A stretch of 64,000 bases of DNA from Candidatus Babeliales bacterium (GTDB taxonomy: Bacteria > Babelota > Babeliae > Babelales > CAIQNR01), in assembly GCA_031972475.1 (NCBI GenBank), contig DALYEP010000001.1:325147-389146 (forward strand), read 5' to 3'. Both the position numbers and the translations under genes were made by a program. How positions within the stretch are numbered: position 1 is the stretch's first letter; each line of letters begins with the position of its first letter. The notes beneath the pieces were generated by a model. It had not been told where the DNA came from, did not search any database, and was given only the letters and a program-made list of their open reading frames with translations. Below, piece by piece: positions 37,460 to 47,769 of this stretch.

Positions 37460-39058
37460 TTAAGCAATATCTTGATCTTGAGGTTGAGTAATATTTAAAA
37501 GATTGTAAATTTCAGAAGCTGTCATTGTTTTTTTCTCAAGAAGAGCATTGGCCAATATAGTAAGTTTATCTTTGTTTTGCATTAAAAGAATTTTAACATC
37601 TTCATAGCATTTTTTAATAATTTTTAAAACTTGATCATCTATACGTTTTGCAGTTTCTTGTGAATAAATAAAATCACCTTGCTGCTGAGAATAAACAATA
37701 GGCCCAAGAGTGTCAGACATGCCATAACAGCAGACCATATCACGAACAATATCAGTTGCTTTAGCAAAATCACTATACGCACCAGTTGTCACATTATCAA
37801 ATATAATCTCTTCCGCAACTCTACCTCCAAGTAAAGTCATTATCTTAGCAAGCATTTCTTCTTTATTTATTGAATATTTATCATCTATATAACGATGAAA
37901 TGTCACCCCCATAGCATCAGCACGAGGCACTATTGTTACTTTATGTAAAGGAATAGAATACTCTTGGTTTAAAAGAGTTACTAAAGCATGACCTGCTTCA
38001 TGAAAGGCAGTTATCTTTTTTTCTTTTTCAGACAAAACAATATTTGATTCCTTGCCTAATAACAATGTATCAATAGACTCTTCAAGATCATTCATTGTTA
38101 CATATTCATTTCCAGATCTATAAGCAGTCAATGCAGCTTCATTAATTAAATTTGCAAGTTCTGCACCAGAAAAGCCAATTGTTGCCTTTGCAATTGTTTT
38201 AAAATTAACAAGGTTATCTATTTTTACATATTTTGAATGAATCTTAAGAATCTCTTCGCGAGCTTGCATATTTGGATTTTTTACTGAAATAATTCTATCA
38301 AATCTCCCTGGACGCAATAATGCATCATCAAGCATATCCTGCCTATTGGTTGCGCCAATCAAAACTATAGGATTATCTTCTTTTGAAAATCCATCAATTT
38401 CTGCAAGCAACTTATTAAGGGCCGCTTCTCGCTCGGTATTAAAACCTATTCCACGTTTAAAACCAATAGAATCTATTTCATCTATAAAGATAATACATGC
38501 ACCATGCTTTTTTGCTAATTTTCTAGCAATTGCAAAAAGATTTTGTACGTTTTTAGCAGAATCACCAATAAACTTAGATATAAAATCAGAACCCGTTATT
38601 ACTAAAAATGGACATTTAACTTCACCTGCCAAAGCCCTTGCAAGCAACGTTTTGCCATTACCAGGAGTTCCTGTTAACAAGACCCCTTTTCTTATTTTTG
38701 CACCAATACTTCTATATTTTTTTGAATTTTTTAAATAATCAGCAATTTGACCAAGTTCTTCTTTTGCCTCTTTTGCCCCAGCTACTGAATCAAAATTTTC
38801 TACAACTTGATTAGGCATAAAAATTAAAAAATTTATCTCATTGCTATTTTTTTTTGCAAAAGCATAATAAAAAACACGCCCTAAAAGATATATCGTCGCA
38901 ACCTGAAGAACACTACCCATAACCATATCAGACACAGAAAATACTTGATCTTCTTTTTTTTGAATTTGTTCTTTTAGATCATTACTTGAATACATCAATG
39001 AAAAATCAGATAAAAGATACATCAATCCAAAAAGAAAAATTCGCTTTTTAATCTTCAC
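37460..39058 (-). CDS. FtsH paralog with reduced N-terminal region
   Basis: [56 protein letters not shown]; GTG start with AAGGA RBS. Confidence 0.92.
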   Translation of the reverse strand: MKIKKRIFLFGLMYLLSDFSLMYSSNDLKEQIQKKEDQVFSVSDMVMGSVLQVATIYLLGRVFYYAFAKKNSNEINFLIFMPNQVVENFDSVAGAKEAKEELGQIADYLKNSKKYRSIGAKIRKGVLLTGTPGNGKTLLARALAGEVKCPFLVITGSDFISKFIGDSAKNVQNLFAIARKLAKKHGACIIFIDEIDSIGFKRGIGFNTEREAALNKLLAEIDGFSKEDNPIVLIGATNRQDMLDDALLRPGRFDRIISVKNPNMQAREEILKIHSKYVKIDNLVNFKTIAKATIGFSGAELANLINEAALTAYRSGNEYVTMNDLEESIDTLLLGKESNIVLSEKEKKITAFHEAGHALVTLLNQEYSIPLHKVTIVPRADAMGVTFHRYIDDKYSINKEEMLAKIMTLLGGRVAEEIIFDNVTTGAYSDFAKATDIVRDMVCCYGMSDTLGPIVYSQQQGDFIYSQETAKRIDDQVLKIIKKCYEDVKILLMQNKDKLTILANALLEKKTMTASEIYNLLNITQPQDQDIA

Positions 39059-39130
39059 AAAAAATCCTTTTTAAAATATAAAAAATTTATAATTGTATTA
39101 TAAAGAATATTTATATTTTTACAAACCCAA

Positions 39131-39162
39131 AAAAATGACCAAGTAAAAACTTGGTCATTTTT
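39131..39162 (-). terminator. intrinsic terminator after ftsH
   Basis: aaaaatgaccaagt-aaaa-acttggtcattttt. Confidence 0.85.
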
Positions 39163-39190
39163 ATTAAAAATAAAACTTAAATTTACTTAA

Positions 39191-41011
39191 TTAAATAAGC
39201 TTATGGTCTTCTCTTGGAGCAATTTGTAAAAGTTCATAAATTTCACCTGCATACATTGTTTCTTTTTCAAGAAGCGCATAGGCAAGGATATCAAGCTTAT
39301 CTCTATGTGTTTCTAAAAGCTTCTTAGCATCTGCATAACATTTATTAGTAATAGCAAGAACTTCATCATCTATAAGCTTTGCCATTTCTTGAGAATAGAC
39401 AAAATCACCTTGCTGTTGAGAATAAACAACAGGACCAAGCTTATCTGACATACCATAACGACAAACCATATCCCGAACAACCTTAGTTGCCGTAGTAAAA
39501 TCGCTATATGCGCCAGTTGAAACTTTATGAAATACAATCTCTTCAGCTATACGACCTCCAAGTGCAGACTGAACCAGTGCAAGCATTTCTTCTTTAACTA
39601 TGGAATACTTTTCTCTTTCAGGCATTGAATGAGTAACACCCAGTGCACGACCTCTTGGAATAATAGTCACTTTATGTAAAGGATCCATAACTTCTGGTAA
39701 TAATAAACGAATAAGAGCATGCCCTGCTTCATGAAAAGCTGTCATTTTGCGCTCATCTTCTGAAAGAGCAATAGTTTTTAATTCTTTACCCAAAAGAACC
39801 TTATCGCGAGCCTCTTCTATATCATGCATAACCACTTCTTTTTGATTTTTTTTAGATGCAATAATAGCTGCTTCATTAATTAAATTTGCCAAATCAGCTC
39901 CAGAAAAACCTGGTGTCCCTCTTGCAACTTTCTTTAAATCTAACTCTGGATCAATCTGAATAGAATTAGCATGAACTCTTAATATTTGTTCACGACTTAC
40001 TAAATCAGGATAAGGAACCTCTATGCGCCTATCAAAACGACCTGGCCGTAACAAAGCAGTATCAAGAACATCCGGTCTGTTGGTTGCAGCAAGAACAATA
40101 ACTGGATCTTTTGACGCCTCAAAACCATCCATTTCTGTAAGCAATTGATTTAATGTTTGCTCACGTTCATCATTACCACCACCAAGACCACTACCTCTAT
40201 GACGACCAACTGCATCAATTTCATCTATAAAGATAATACAAGGAGCATTTTTACGAGCTTGAGCAAAAAGATCTCGTACACGAGATGCACCAACACCAAC
40301 AAAAACTTCTATAAAATCAGAACCACTAATACTAAAAAATGGACAATTTGCCTCTCCAGCTACAGCGCGAGCAAGTAATGTTTTCCCATTTCCAGGAGAA
40401 CCAACAAGAAGTGCTCCTCGAGTGATCTTTGCACCTAATTTTCTATACTTTTCTGGATTTCTTAAAAAATCTACAACGTCCAACAACTCTTCTTTTGCTT
40501 CTGTTGCACCAGCTACCGATGTAAACTTTTCTTTTATAGTCGATGGCAAAAACATCTTAGCGCGACTTTTTCCTATATTAAAAGGATTTGTTCCGCCACC
40601 ACCAGAACCAACACCATTTTTAGTTTGTCTAAAAACAAACCAAACAATTAAAAGACCAATTAAAAATGTAAGACCCAAAAGAATTTGCCAAACATTAATA
40701 TCTGGCTGCGGACTTACCACAGAAAATTCGACTTTATTTTTTGCAAGCTTTTCCCATATACCTTGATCAGAAGGTATAACAGTCTCAAAGCGATTGCCAT
40801 CTTTTGTAAGACCAACAATTAATTGTCCTGAAACTACAGCATTCTTAATACTGCCTTTTTCTACCATTTCTAAAAACTGAGAATACTTATATTCCTCTGT
40901 GTTTCTTTTTGGATCAACTACTTTTGTTAAAAGCCATAAAGCTCCAACTATAAGTAAAACAACAATAATAATATTTCGAGGACCGCTAGAATTGAATATA
41001 TTTTTTTTCAT
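39191..41011 (-). CDS. ftsH: ATP-dependent zinc metalloprotease FtsH
   Basis: 2 TM + periplasmic YSQFL domain, [42 protein letters not shown]. Confidence 0.97.
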   Translation of the reverse strand: MKKNIFNSSGPRNIIIVVLLIVGALWLLTKVVDPKRNTEEYKYSQFLEMVEKGSIKNAVVSGQLIVGLTKDGNRFETVIPSDQGIWEKLAKNKVEFSVVSPQPDINVWQILLGLTFLIGLLIVWFVFRQTKNGVGSGGGGTNPFNIGKSRAKMFLPSTIKEKFTSVAGATEAKEELLDVVDFLRNPEKYRKLGAKITRGALLVGSPGNGKTLLARAVAGEANCPFFSISGSDFIEVFVGVGASRVRDLFAQARKNAPCIIFIDEIDAVGRHRGSGLGGGNDEREQTLNQLLTEMDGFEASKDPVIVLAATNRPDVLDTALLRPGRFDRRIEVPYPDLVSREQILRVHANSIQIDPELDLKKVARGTPGFSGADLANLINEAAIIASKKNQKEVVMHDIEEARDKVLLGKELKTIALSEDERKMTAFHEAGHALIRLLLPEVMDPLHKVTIIPRGRALGVTHSMPEREKYSIVKEEMLALVQSALGGRIAEEIVFHKVSTGAYSDFTTATKVVRDMVCRYGMSDKLGPVVYSQQQGDFVYSQEMAKLIDDEVLAITNKCYADAKKLLETHRDKLDILAYALLEKETMYAGEIYELLQIAPREDHKLI

Positions 41012-41119
41012 GAAACTTCCTACACAAATGATGAAACTATGCAATCAAGAAGGATTGGCTCTCACTACCCCTATCGATCACAATTATAATAAAATATAAT
41101 ACTACTGTCGATCGTTTCA

Positions 41120-42430
41120 TTATTTAAGAATGGGAAAATTCTTAAAATTGAGGGACCATGAAGGATATGTACATAAAGAATCTTGATCTGTTACAAAAAA
41201 ACGCTTATTTGTAAAAATATTTTGTATACAAATTCTTTTGCTATTACCATTACTTAATCCAAAAGCTATATAATTACCACATGGAGACCAGGAAGCTTCT
41301 TGTTTATGCCCTTCATCAAAGGTAATTTGCTTATGAACACCTGTATTTACATTATACAAAAATAATTGACCTATCCCATCAACCATTTTTGTATAAGCAA
41401 CTTTTTTGTTAACAGAACAATAAACAGGAGAAAAGCACACATCTTCATTATCTGACAAGCAAGTAAGTTTATCATCTGAACGATCAAGTAAATATAATTG
41501 CGGTTTACCTAATTGAAAATCAGAACAAAAAATAATTTTCCCATCATCAAGAATTGTTGGTGAAATATTATTACCATTATTAAAAGTTATTTGTATAAAA
41601 TTAACTGGTTTTTTATTTCTATTATATCTATAACCGTAAAGCTGCGTATTACCTCTGCAAGATAAACATAAAACAACTTCATTAGAATCTGGTGCAAATG
41701 CAGGTAAAATATTAAGACCTTCGTAACTAACAACTGTTTTTTGACTGCCAAGTCGTAAATCAATTTCCATTAAACAAACATTTGATGATGTATAACGAGA
41801 ATATAAAATACAAGGATGCTCATCATCTTGATTCCACCGAGGGGCAAGTAATAATTTTCCTTTTGCAACAATATGCTCATCCGTACCATCATAATTAGAA
41901 ACACAAATGCATCTTTGTCCACTGGAAAGTTGTTTGCAATAAGCTAACTTACTGCAAAAAAAACCTTTGCTGTTTGTAAGTTTTTCAATTATTAAATCAG
42001 AAATTTCATGCGCCCACATTTTTTCTGATCGTCCCGACCGATGAACAACATAACCTTTATCTGTAATCATTGAACCTTTTTTAACATCATACAAACGAAT
42101 ATCACATATTTTTTTTTTGTAATTTTCATCTATAAAAACAACTAAAGAAAATCCTTTATCCTTTAAATTTTGAATCTCTTTTTTATGAGGAACTGCCTTC
42201 ATATGCAAAACATTTAGATCAAACGTATCGGCAAAAAAAAGATCTTTTGATACCACAGAAGCTATCTCTTGCGTAGAACCTTTACTTTCTATAAAAACAA
42301 GCGCTAGTTTAACTTTTTTACTTTCTTTTGCTCCAACATGCACTTGCATATTTTCTTGAACATTATTCTTAGAATATCCATTTAATAAAAATAAACAGGA
42401 TATAAAAATAATTATATATTTTTGATTCAT
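41120..42430 (-). CDS. tolB: TolB-like beta-propeller protein
   Basis: Signal peptide, AHEISD..IEKLT, PD40 repeats (PRW, PAFAPD, SPTI, ASWSPCG); follows tolQRA. Confidence 0.85.
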   Translation of the reverse strand: MNQKYIIIFISCLFLLNGYSKNNVQENMQVHVGAKESKKVKLALVFIESKGSTQEIASVVSKDLFFADTFDLNVLHMKAVPHKKEIQNLKDKGFSLVVFIDENYKKKICDIRLYDVKKGSMITDKGYVVHRSGRSEKMWAHEISDLIIEKLTNSKGFFCSKLAYCKQLSSGQRCICVSNYDGTDEHIVAKGKLLLAPRWNQDDEHPCILYSRYTSSNVCLMEIDLRLGSQKTVVSYEGLNILPAFAPDSNEVVLCLSCRGNTQLYGYRYNRNKKPVNFIQITFNNGNNISPTILDDGKIIFCSDFQLGKPQLYLLDRSDDKLTCLSDNEDVCFSPVYCSVNKKVAYTKMVDGIGQLFLYNVNTGVHKQITFDEGHKQEASWSPCGNYIAFGLSNGNSKRICIQNIFTNKRFFVTDQDSLCTYPSWSLNFKNFPILK

Positions 42431-42446
42431 AAAACATTTTCCATTA

Positions 42447-43205
42447 TTAAGGTTTAAATATTATCGAAATAGTCTTTCCCCATAATTGCTGAGGAACAAT
42501 TAACTTATCTAATGCTTCTTCTACAGCGCTATCATAAATATAAACTTCCGTTAATTTGATCATTTTTTTTTCAAGAATTGCCCCATCCCAACCAATAACA
42601 ACTAAAACTTCACACATCAAATCATTTTCTATACCAAAAGGAGAGACCCATACTTGCTCTATGGCTTCTTTAAGTTGCTGTTCTAGCTGCAACCCATCAA
42701 GTTCTTTTTGAGTTACATAAACAACATCTTCTTTAGATTCTTGAGCAGGTTTTTCATCAGACAATTGATTGATATTATTTTTTACTAATGAAACATTTAA
42801 ATCTTTATGATCTAAGGCTTCATCCTTTGCAGAAATTTGAATATCTTTTTGATCAACATCTTTTTTTTTATTTTTTTTAGAGTTTATTTTTTTTTGTTTT
42901 TTTTCTTTTATTATTGCAGTTTTCTTACTTTCTTTACGGTGCTTTTTTTTATTACTTTGTTTGGCAGTACTATTCTTATAACTTCCTTGCTTAATCAAAT
43001 TGTTTTTAGGCTTTACAGCACCAAATGGCAATAATTTAACAATAGCATTAGAGGATGATTTATTAAGCGTGAAACTAAAATCTATTGATTGTCTGCATCC
43101 AAAAAAAATGAGCCATATTAAAAATAGATGAATAAAAATCGTAATAAATAAAAATGAATCCAGCTTGTTTTTATTAATCAATCTTTGATGTAGCCAACGC
43201 AACAT
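42447..43205 (-). CDS. tolA: TolA/TonB-like energy transducer
   Basis: IFIHLFLI TM His, Lys-rich linker, C-terminal W..P..........V.V.IGWDG....YDSAVEEAL. Confidence 0.75.
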   Translation of the reverse strand: MLRWLHQRLINKNKLDSFLFITIFIHLFLIWLIFFGCRQSIDFSFTLNKSSSNAIVKLLPFGAVKPKNNLIKQGSYKNSTAKQSNKKKHRKESKKTAIIKEKKQKKINSKKNKKKDVDQKDIQISAKDEALDHKDLNVSLVKNNINQLSDEKPAQESKEDVVYVTQKELDGLQLEQQLKEAIEQVWVSPFGIENDLMCEVLVVIGWDGAILEKKMIKLTEVYIYDSAVEEALDKLIVPQQLWGKTISIIFKP

Positions 43206-43605
43206 ATCGAACTCCCCCAATATGCTTAATCTGATCAACAAGCTCTATAACCTTACCATAAGAGACAGCTGTGTCTGCTTTTACAAAAACAGTTTTTTCT
43301 CCATTTGAACCTGCTTTTTTTTGAATATTTTCTATTAGATTTTCCAATTTAGTTAAAACATCATCAATAAAAAACTGTTCTTTTTTATTAATATAAACAA
43401 CAATATTTTGGCTTACTGTATCATCAGTTTCTTTTACATTCCCCTTAGGAAGTTCAACTTGAATCCCATTTTCTTGTTGCAACATTGGTGTAGCAACCAT
43501 AAAAATAATAAGTAAATTTAATGCAACATCAATAAGAGGCATCAGATTGATCTCTAAATGAGCATTTTCTTTTTTTTTCCTCAATCTCTGTAAACGTAAT
43601 TTCAT
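43174..43605 (-). CDS. tolR: TolR/ExbD
   Basis: EINLMPLIDVALNLLIIFMVATP, VELPKG, FVKADTAVSYGKV. Confidence 0.92.
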   Translation of the reverse strand: MKLRLQRLRKKKENAHLEINLMPLIDVALNLLIIFMVATPMLQQENGIQVELPKGNVKETDDTVSQNIVVYINKKEQFFIDDVLTKLENLIENIQKKAGSNGEKTVFVKADTAVSYGKVIELVDQIKHIGGVRYVALATSKID

Positions 43606-43606
43606 A

Positions 43607-44281
43607 TTAATCCTTTACAGAAAAAATAAATGTCTTTGAAACACCAGCTATTACTGAGGATAATTTACACAAATCATGTTCTATATAACGAATTTTATTA
43701 ACTAAATAATGATACATAATCAAAGCAGGTATCGCCACTAAAAGGCCTGCCAAGGTAGTTAAAAGAGCTTCGGCTATACCAGGAGCAACAGTAACAATAT
43801 CTGCTGTATGTTTTTGAGCAATACTCATAAACGAATGCATCAAGCCCCAAACTGTACCGAACAAACCTACTAAAGGGCCACATGCAGCTGCTATAAAAAG
43901 TATTAATAAATAAGAAGACTCTTGAAAAATTAATTCATCAATCAACATATATTGTTGTTCATCTAACAATTCCTTTTGATACTCAACTTTTACTCCATTT
44001 AATTCTTGTAACTGATCAATATAAGATGTTACTAGCTCTCCCCCAAACAACATTCTACTTTCATTAATAACACGATTAAAATCAGAACTATTTTTTACAC
44101 GATCAATTTTTGCAAGAAGCGACTCAAGTTGTTGAGATTTATCATTTAACTGAACCCATTTATAAAAAATAACAGTCCAGCATATAATAGATACGAGTAA
44201 CAAAATAATCATTATAAGCTTAGTTACAAAATCAGATTGAACAAGTAAATGCCACATAGCATTTCCAAAAAAAAATTTCAT
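43607..44281 (-). CDS. tolQ: TolQ/ExbB
   Basis: GPLVGLFGTVWGLMHSF, VAPGIAEALLTTLAGLLVAIPA. Confidence 0.93.
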   Translation of the reverse strand: MKFFFGNAMWHLLVQSDFVTKLIMIILLLVSIICWTVIFYKWVQLNDKSQQLESLLAKIDRVKNSSDFNRVINESRMLFGGELVTSYIDQLQELNGVKVEYQKELLDEQQYMLIDELIFQESSYLLILFIAAACGPLVGLFGTVWGLMHSFMSIAQKHTADIVTVAPGIAEALLTTLAGLLVAIPALIMYHYLVNKIRYIEHDLCKLSSVIAGVSKTFIFSVKD

Positions 44282-44357
44282 ACATCCACCTTTTTAGCTT
44301 AATTATAAGACCGTTGATATGTTTTAAATTGTACAAGATTATAAAAAAATAAAAATA

Positions 44358-45095
44358 TTATATAGAAAACTCTATACAACTTTTTGATTTCATTGTAATT
44401 GAAGCATTAAAAAATTTTTCAGGTAATTTTGCATTAAAAATGATTTTATTTTTTTTAAAAACAGATTTTTTTTCTGTATGTTCTGGATAAATACATGAAA
44501 TTGATTTCAAAGTATTATTTATCTTTAAAAAAGGACTTTCAAAAGATACAGGAATATCATCAATCACAGGAGCTTCCAAAACATCTGATTCTATTAATAT
44601 ATCGCGACTGTATAATTTTTTATTTTTTTGATAATCATAAGCATTAATGCATTTTATTTCTTTTTTTGTAATAGGATCACAATCAATAATCATATCAACG
44701 CTCGTTTCAAGAGCCAAAGGCTTTCCATCAGAGCTTGATAATAACAATCCATATATACCTAAATACAAATATTTATATGTATAACGCATTGGCTTATTAC
44801 AATCAGTTATCCAATCTTTTTGCAATTCATTTTTGCCAAAAGCTTTAAGATTGACATAACGTGCATTGTTTTCATCAAGAACAACCCAATCAAAAGGAAC
44901 ATCTATATATATCTTTTTTGAATTAGGTTTATTTTCATAATATTGAGGTGAAATTCTAAGTAAATTTGTTGGAAAAACACTTAAAATAGAAATTTCGGGC
45001 TCAGGCCATGGACATTCATATATAATTTTATTTTCTTTTGCCTCTAAAAATAAAAATCCTAGTATAATATATGTAATCAAATTCTTTTTTTGCAT
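44358..45095 (-). CDS. secreted hypothetical protein
   Basis: MQKKNLITYIILGFLFLEA signal-like start; overlaps end of cca. Confidence 0.65.
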   Translation of the reverse strand: MQKKNLITYIILGFLFLEAKENKIIYECPWPEPEISILSVFPTNLLRISPQYYENKPNSKKIYIDVPFDWVVLDENNARYVNLKAFGKNELQKDWITDCNKPMRYTYKYLYLGIYGLLLSSSDGKPLALETSVDMIIDCDPITKKEIKCINAYDYQKNKKLYSRDILIESDVLEAPVIDDIPVSFESPFLKINNTLKSISCIYPEHTEKKSVFKKNKIIFNAKLPEKFFNASITMKSKSCIEFSI

Positions 45096-46501
45096 AATAA
45101 AACCCTCTTTTTAAGCTCTTCTTTATCAACAATCCCATTTTCTATCTGTAAAGTATAAGCATCATGTAAAGCAATTCCTATATCTCTTCCAGCACTTATA
45201 TGACCAACAAGATCACTTCCTTTAAGAATTGGTTCTTCTTGATTATACAAAACTCCATAAGACTCTGCTTTCATTAAAAATTCTTTAAGCATTGGTTCTT
45301 CATAATTAAAAAAAGGCTCATTTTTTAAAGGATTTCTAGCTGATTTATCACACAAAACTAAAAGCCCTAATTCTTTACAGGAAGTTTCTGGAGCAAGTCT
45401 CATAGCAAGTCTTTTATATGCAGCAGAGCCGGCGTTATTTTTAATAAAAGAGAAAGGAGTCATGTGCCAACGAACTAATTTTGTTATCTTTGGAACAATC
45501 TTTTTTGTAATAGCAATAACATCTAAAATTTTTTTCGCTAATTCAACACCTGCAATATCATGTCCTAAAGAAGAAATCTTTCCATTATTTTTTTTTGTTG
45601 TTGTTAATTTTCCAAGATCATGACATAAGGCAGAAAGAACCATACTATATTTATCTTCATCATTATTATAATGCTGAAAAGCAGCTGCATCTACTGCTTG
45701 CTTGGTATGTTCAAAAACATCACCCTCAGGATGCCAATTAACATCTTGCTCAAGGCCAATAAGACCATGTAGTTCTGGCAAAATATCTTTAAGCCGATCA
45801 GTATCAACCAACCATTGCAAACCTAACGAGGGCTTTTTACCCATAATAAATAATTTATAAAATTCTTCTTTAATTCGATCGCTTGAAATATCTGACAAGT
45901 TCATACATTTTCCAATTTCATATAATTTTTCATCTGGTAAAAAATTAAATCGAGCAATGAATTGCATAATTCTAAAATAACGTAATGGATCTTCTTGAAA
46001 AAAATTATTATTTACTGCACGTAAAATTTTATTTTTTAAATCTTCTATACCATTAAATGGGTCGACTATTTGACCATTTAATAAATTTATCCCAATTGCA
46101 TTAATAGTAATATCCCTTCTTGAAAATGCTTGCTGATAAGACAATTGAGAATCTATTTGTATTGAAGGCTTTCTTCCGACTCCATCAATGCGGGGTAATG
46201 ACCAATCAACAGGAATCCCATCAATTTTAAAAACTCCAAATACCTTACCTACTTTTCTTACAAAGCCATATTGACGTAAAAAACTTTCTAAGTCATCTAA
46301 TGCAATACCATAAACTTCTATATCTAAATCTTTTATAGGCATATCTAAAAAAGCATCTCTTACAGCTCCGCCAACAAGAAAACATGCTGTATCTTTTTTT
46401 TCAGAATGAAGATCATTAATTATTTTTTTAATCAATGGAAATTCTTCTTCAATTTGTTTCATTACTTTTTGCACAATTCTCTCAACTTTTGTAGAATTCA
46501 T
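45077..46501 (-). CDS. cca: CCA tRNA nucleotidyltransferase with HD domain
   Basis: LVGGAVRD...DLDIEV, SRRDITINAI, EDPLRYFR, HPEGDVFEHT, LCHDLGK. Confidence 0.92.
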   Translation of the reverse strand: MNSTKVERIVQKVMKQIEEEFPLIKKIINDLHSEKKDTACFLVGGAVRDAFLDMPIKDLDIEVYGIALDDLESFLRQYGFVRKVGKVFGVFKIDGIPVDWSLPRIDGVGRKPSIQIDSQLSYQQAFSRRDITINAIGINLLNGQIVDPFNGIEDLKNKILRAVNNNFFQEDPLRYFRIMQFIARFNFLPDEKLYEIGKCMNLSDISSDRIKEEFYKLFIMGKKPSLGLQWLVDTDRLKDILPELHGLIGLEQDVNWHPEGDVFEHTKQAVDAAAFQHYNNDEDKYSMVLSALCHDLGKLTTTKKNNGKISSLGHDIAGVELAKKILDVIAITKKIVPKITKLVRWHMTPFSFIKNNAGSAAYKRLAMRLAPETSCKELGLLVLCDKSARNPLKNEPFFNYEEPMLKEFLMKAESYGVLYNQEEPILKGSDLVGHISAGRDIGIALHDAYTLQIENGIVDKEELKKRVLLCKKRI

Positions 46502-46538
46502 ACTCTTATACACTTTCCAAGCTTAAAAAGGACTTTTT

Positions 46539-47333
46539 ATGAAAAAAAAATTAATAGTAACATCATTATTTTTAACCTATATGACTTTATCTAGTCGCGA
46601 TGGTTTTTTTAAGAATATATCTAATTGGATATATAACATTGAAAATGATGTTAGCTCTTCTAAGCATATGTTAACAGATAAAGAAAATCACATAATAATC
46701 AAAAATTTCACAGGTGATATTACCATAAAAACATGGTCAAAAAATGAAGTATTACTTGAAGTGACAAAGTCTGGAAAAATAGATGATATTGAAGAAACAC
46801 ATGTTGATATTAAACATACAAAATCTTCTTTGATTATCAAAACAATAGAACAATCAACAGGATCCTGTCGTGTTGATTATACTTTAGTTGTTCCTAAACG
46901 TTGCTCTATTGACATACAAACAGAAAAAGGAAATATCTCTATTAATGGAGTTACAGAACCCGTTATTGCAAAAGCATATAAAGGATCAATTAAAATTAAC
47001 GGAGCACGATCAATCAAAGCAGAAACAAAATTTGGCAATATAGATATAGAAACCAATGATCTTAAAAAAACAGATAATATCCTTGCATTTAGCACAAAAG
47101 GAAATGTAAATATACGCATTCCAGAAAATACTAATGCTACCCTTTATGCAAAAACATCTCGCGGTAAAGTAACAACGGAGCAAAAAGTACTTTTAAAAAA
47201 TGTATCAACAGAAATTTGTAACACAGCACTTGCACAATTAAGAAAAGATATTCAAGGAACGTTGGGAAATTCTGAAGGTTGCGAACTTAGATTATTAACA
47301 AATTCTGGAAACGTGAAAGTATTACGAGCATGA
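46539..47333 (+). CDS. secreted DUF4097/adhesin-like beta-repeat protein
   Basis: Signal peptide; repeated T..G.I.I units (NFTGDITI, TEKGNISI, AYKGSIKI, TKFGNIDI, STKGNVNI, TSRGKVT, TNSGNVKV). Confidence 0.8.
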   Translation: MKKKLIVTSLFLTYMTLSSRDGFFKNISNWIYNIENDVSSSKHMLTDKENHIIIKNFTGDITIKTWSKNEVLLEVTKSGKIDDIEETHVDIKHTKSSLIIKTIEQSTGSCRVDYTLVVPKRCSIDIQTEKGNISINGVTEPVIAKAYKGSIKINGARSIKAETKFGNIDIETNDLKKTDNILAFSTKGNVNIRIPENTNATLYAKTSRGKVTTEQKVLLKNVSTEICNTALAQLRKDIQGTLGNSEGCELRLLTNSGNVKVLRA

Positions 47334-47521
47334 TATCAAAAAAAATAGCCTATCTTTTAAAAATATCACTAATAGTTATAGCATCAATCGGAATAAGCAT
47401 TGGAACAATGTATATTATTAGTAAAATAGCATGCAGAAAAAAAACAGAATCTAATTGCACATCACATTGCTGCTCACATGAACATAAGCATAATGAACAT
47501 AAAAAATGTCATACCCATTAA
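47330..47521 (+). CDS. single-TM micro-protein with His/Cys-rich tail
   Basis: ATGA overlap with upstream gene; TM then CTSHCCSHEHKHNEHKKCHTH. Confidence 0.7.
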   Translation: MISKKIAYLLKISLIVIASIGISIGTMYIISKIACRKKTESNCTSHCCSHEHKHNEHKKCHTH

Positions 47522-47540
47522 TAAAAATAAATGATTAATA

Positions 47541-47573
47541 AAATAAGGCACTTTTTTAAAAAGTGCCTTATTT
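47541..47573. terminator. bidirectional terminator
   Basis: aaataaggcactttt-tt-aaaaagtgccttattt between convergent CDS and tRNA. Confidence 0.8.
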
Positions 47574-47576
47574 ATT

Positions 47577-47649
47577 TGGAGCTAAGCGGGCTCGAACCGC
47601 TGACCTCACGAATGCCATCCGTGCGCTCTACCAACTGAGCTATAACCCC
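47577..47649 (-). tRNA. tRNA-Ala(GGC), CCA not encoded
   Basis: GGGGTTA/TAGCTCC acceptor with G3:U70, anticodon loop ATGGCAT, T loop TTCGAGC; genome continues AATA after the discriminator. Confidence 0.96.
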
Positions 47650-47769
47650 AAAAGCTAATTAATCTTTTAATCTTTTTTATCTCATTGTCTATTGAAAAAA
47701 AATAAGTATAGTAAGTGTAAATAATCGTAGAAAAAATGCAAACGATCCACTAATGATAAAGGAATTCAT

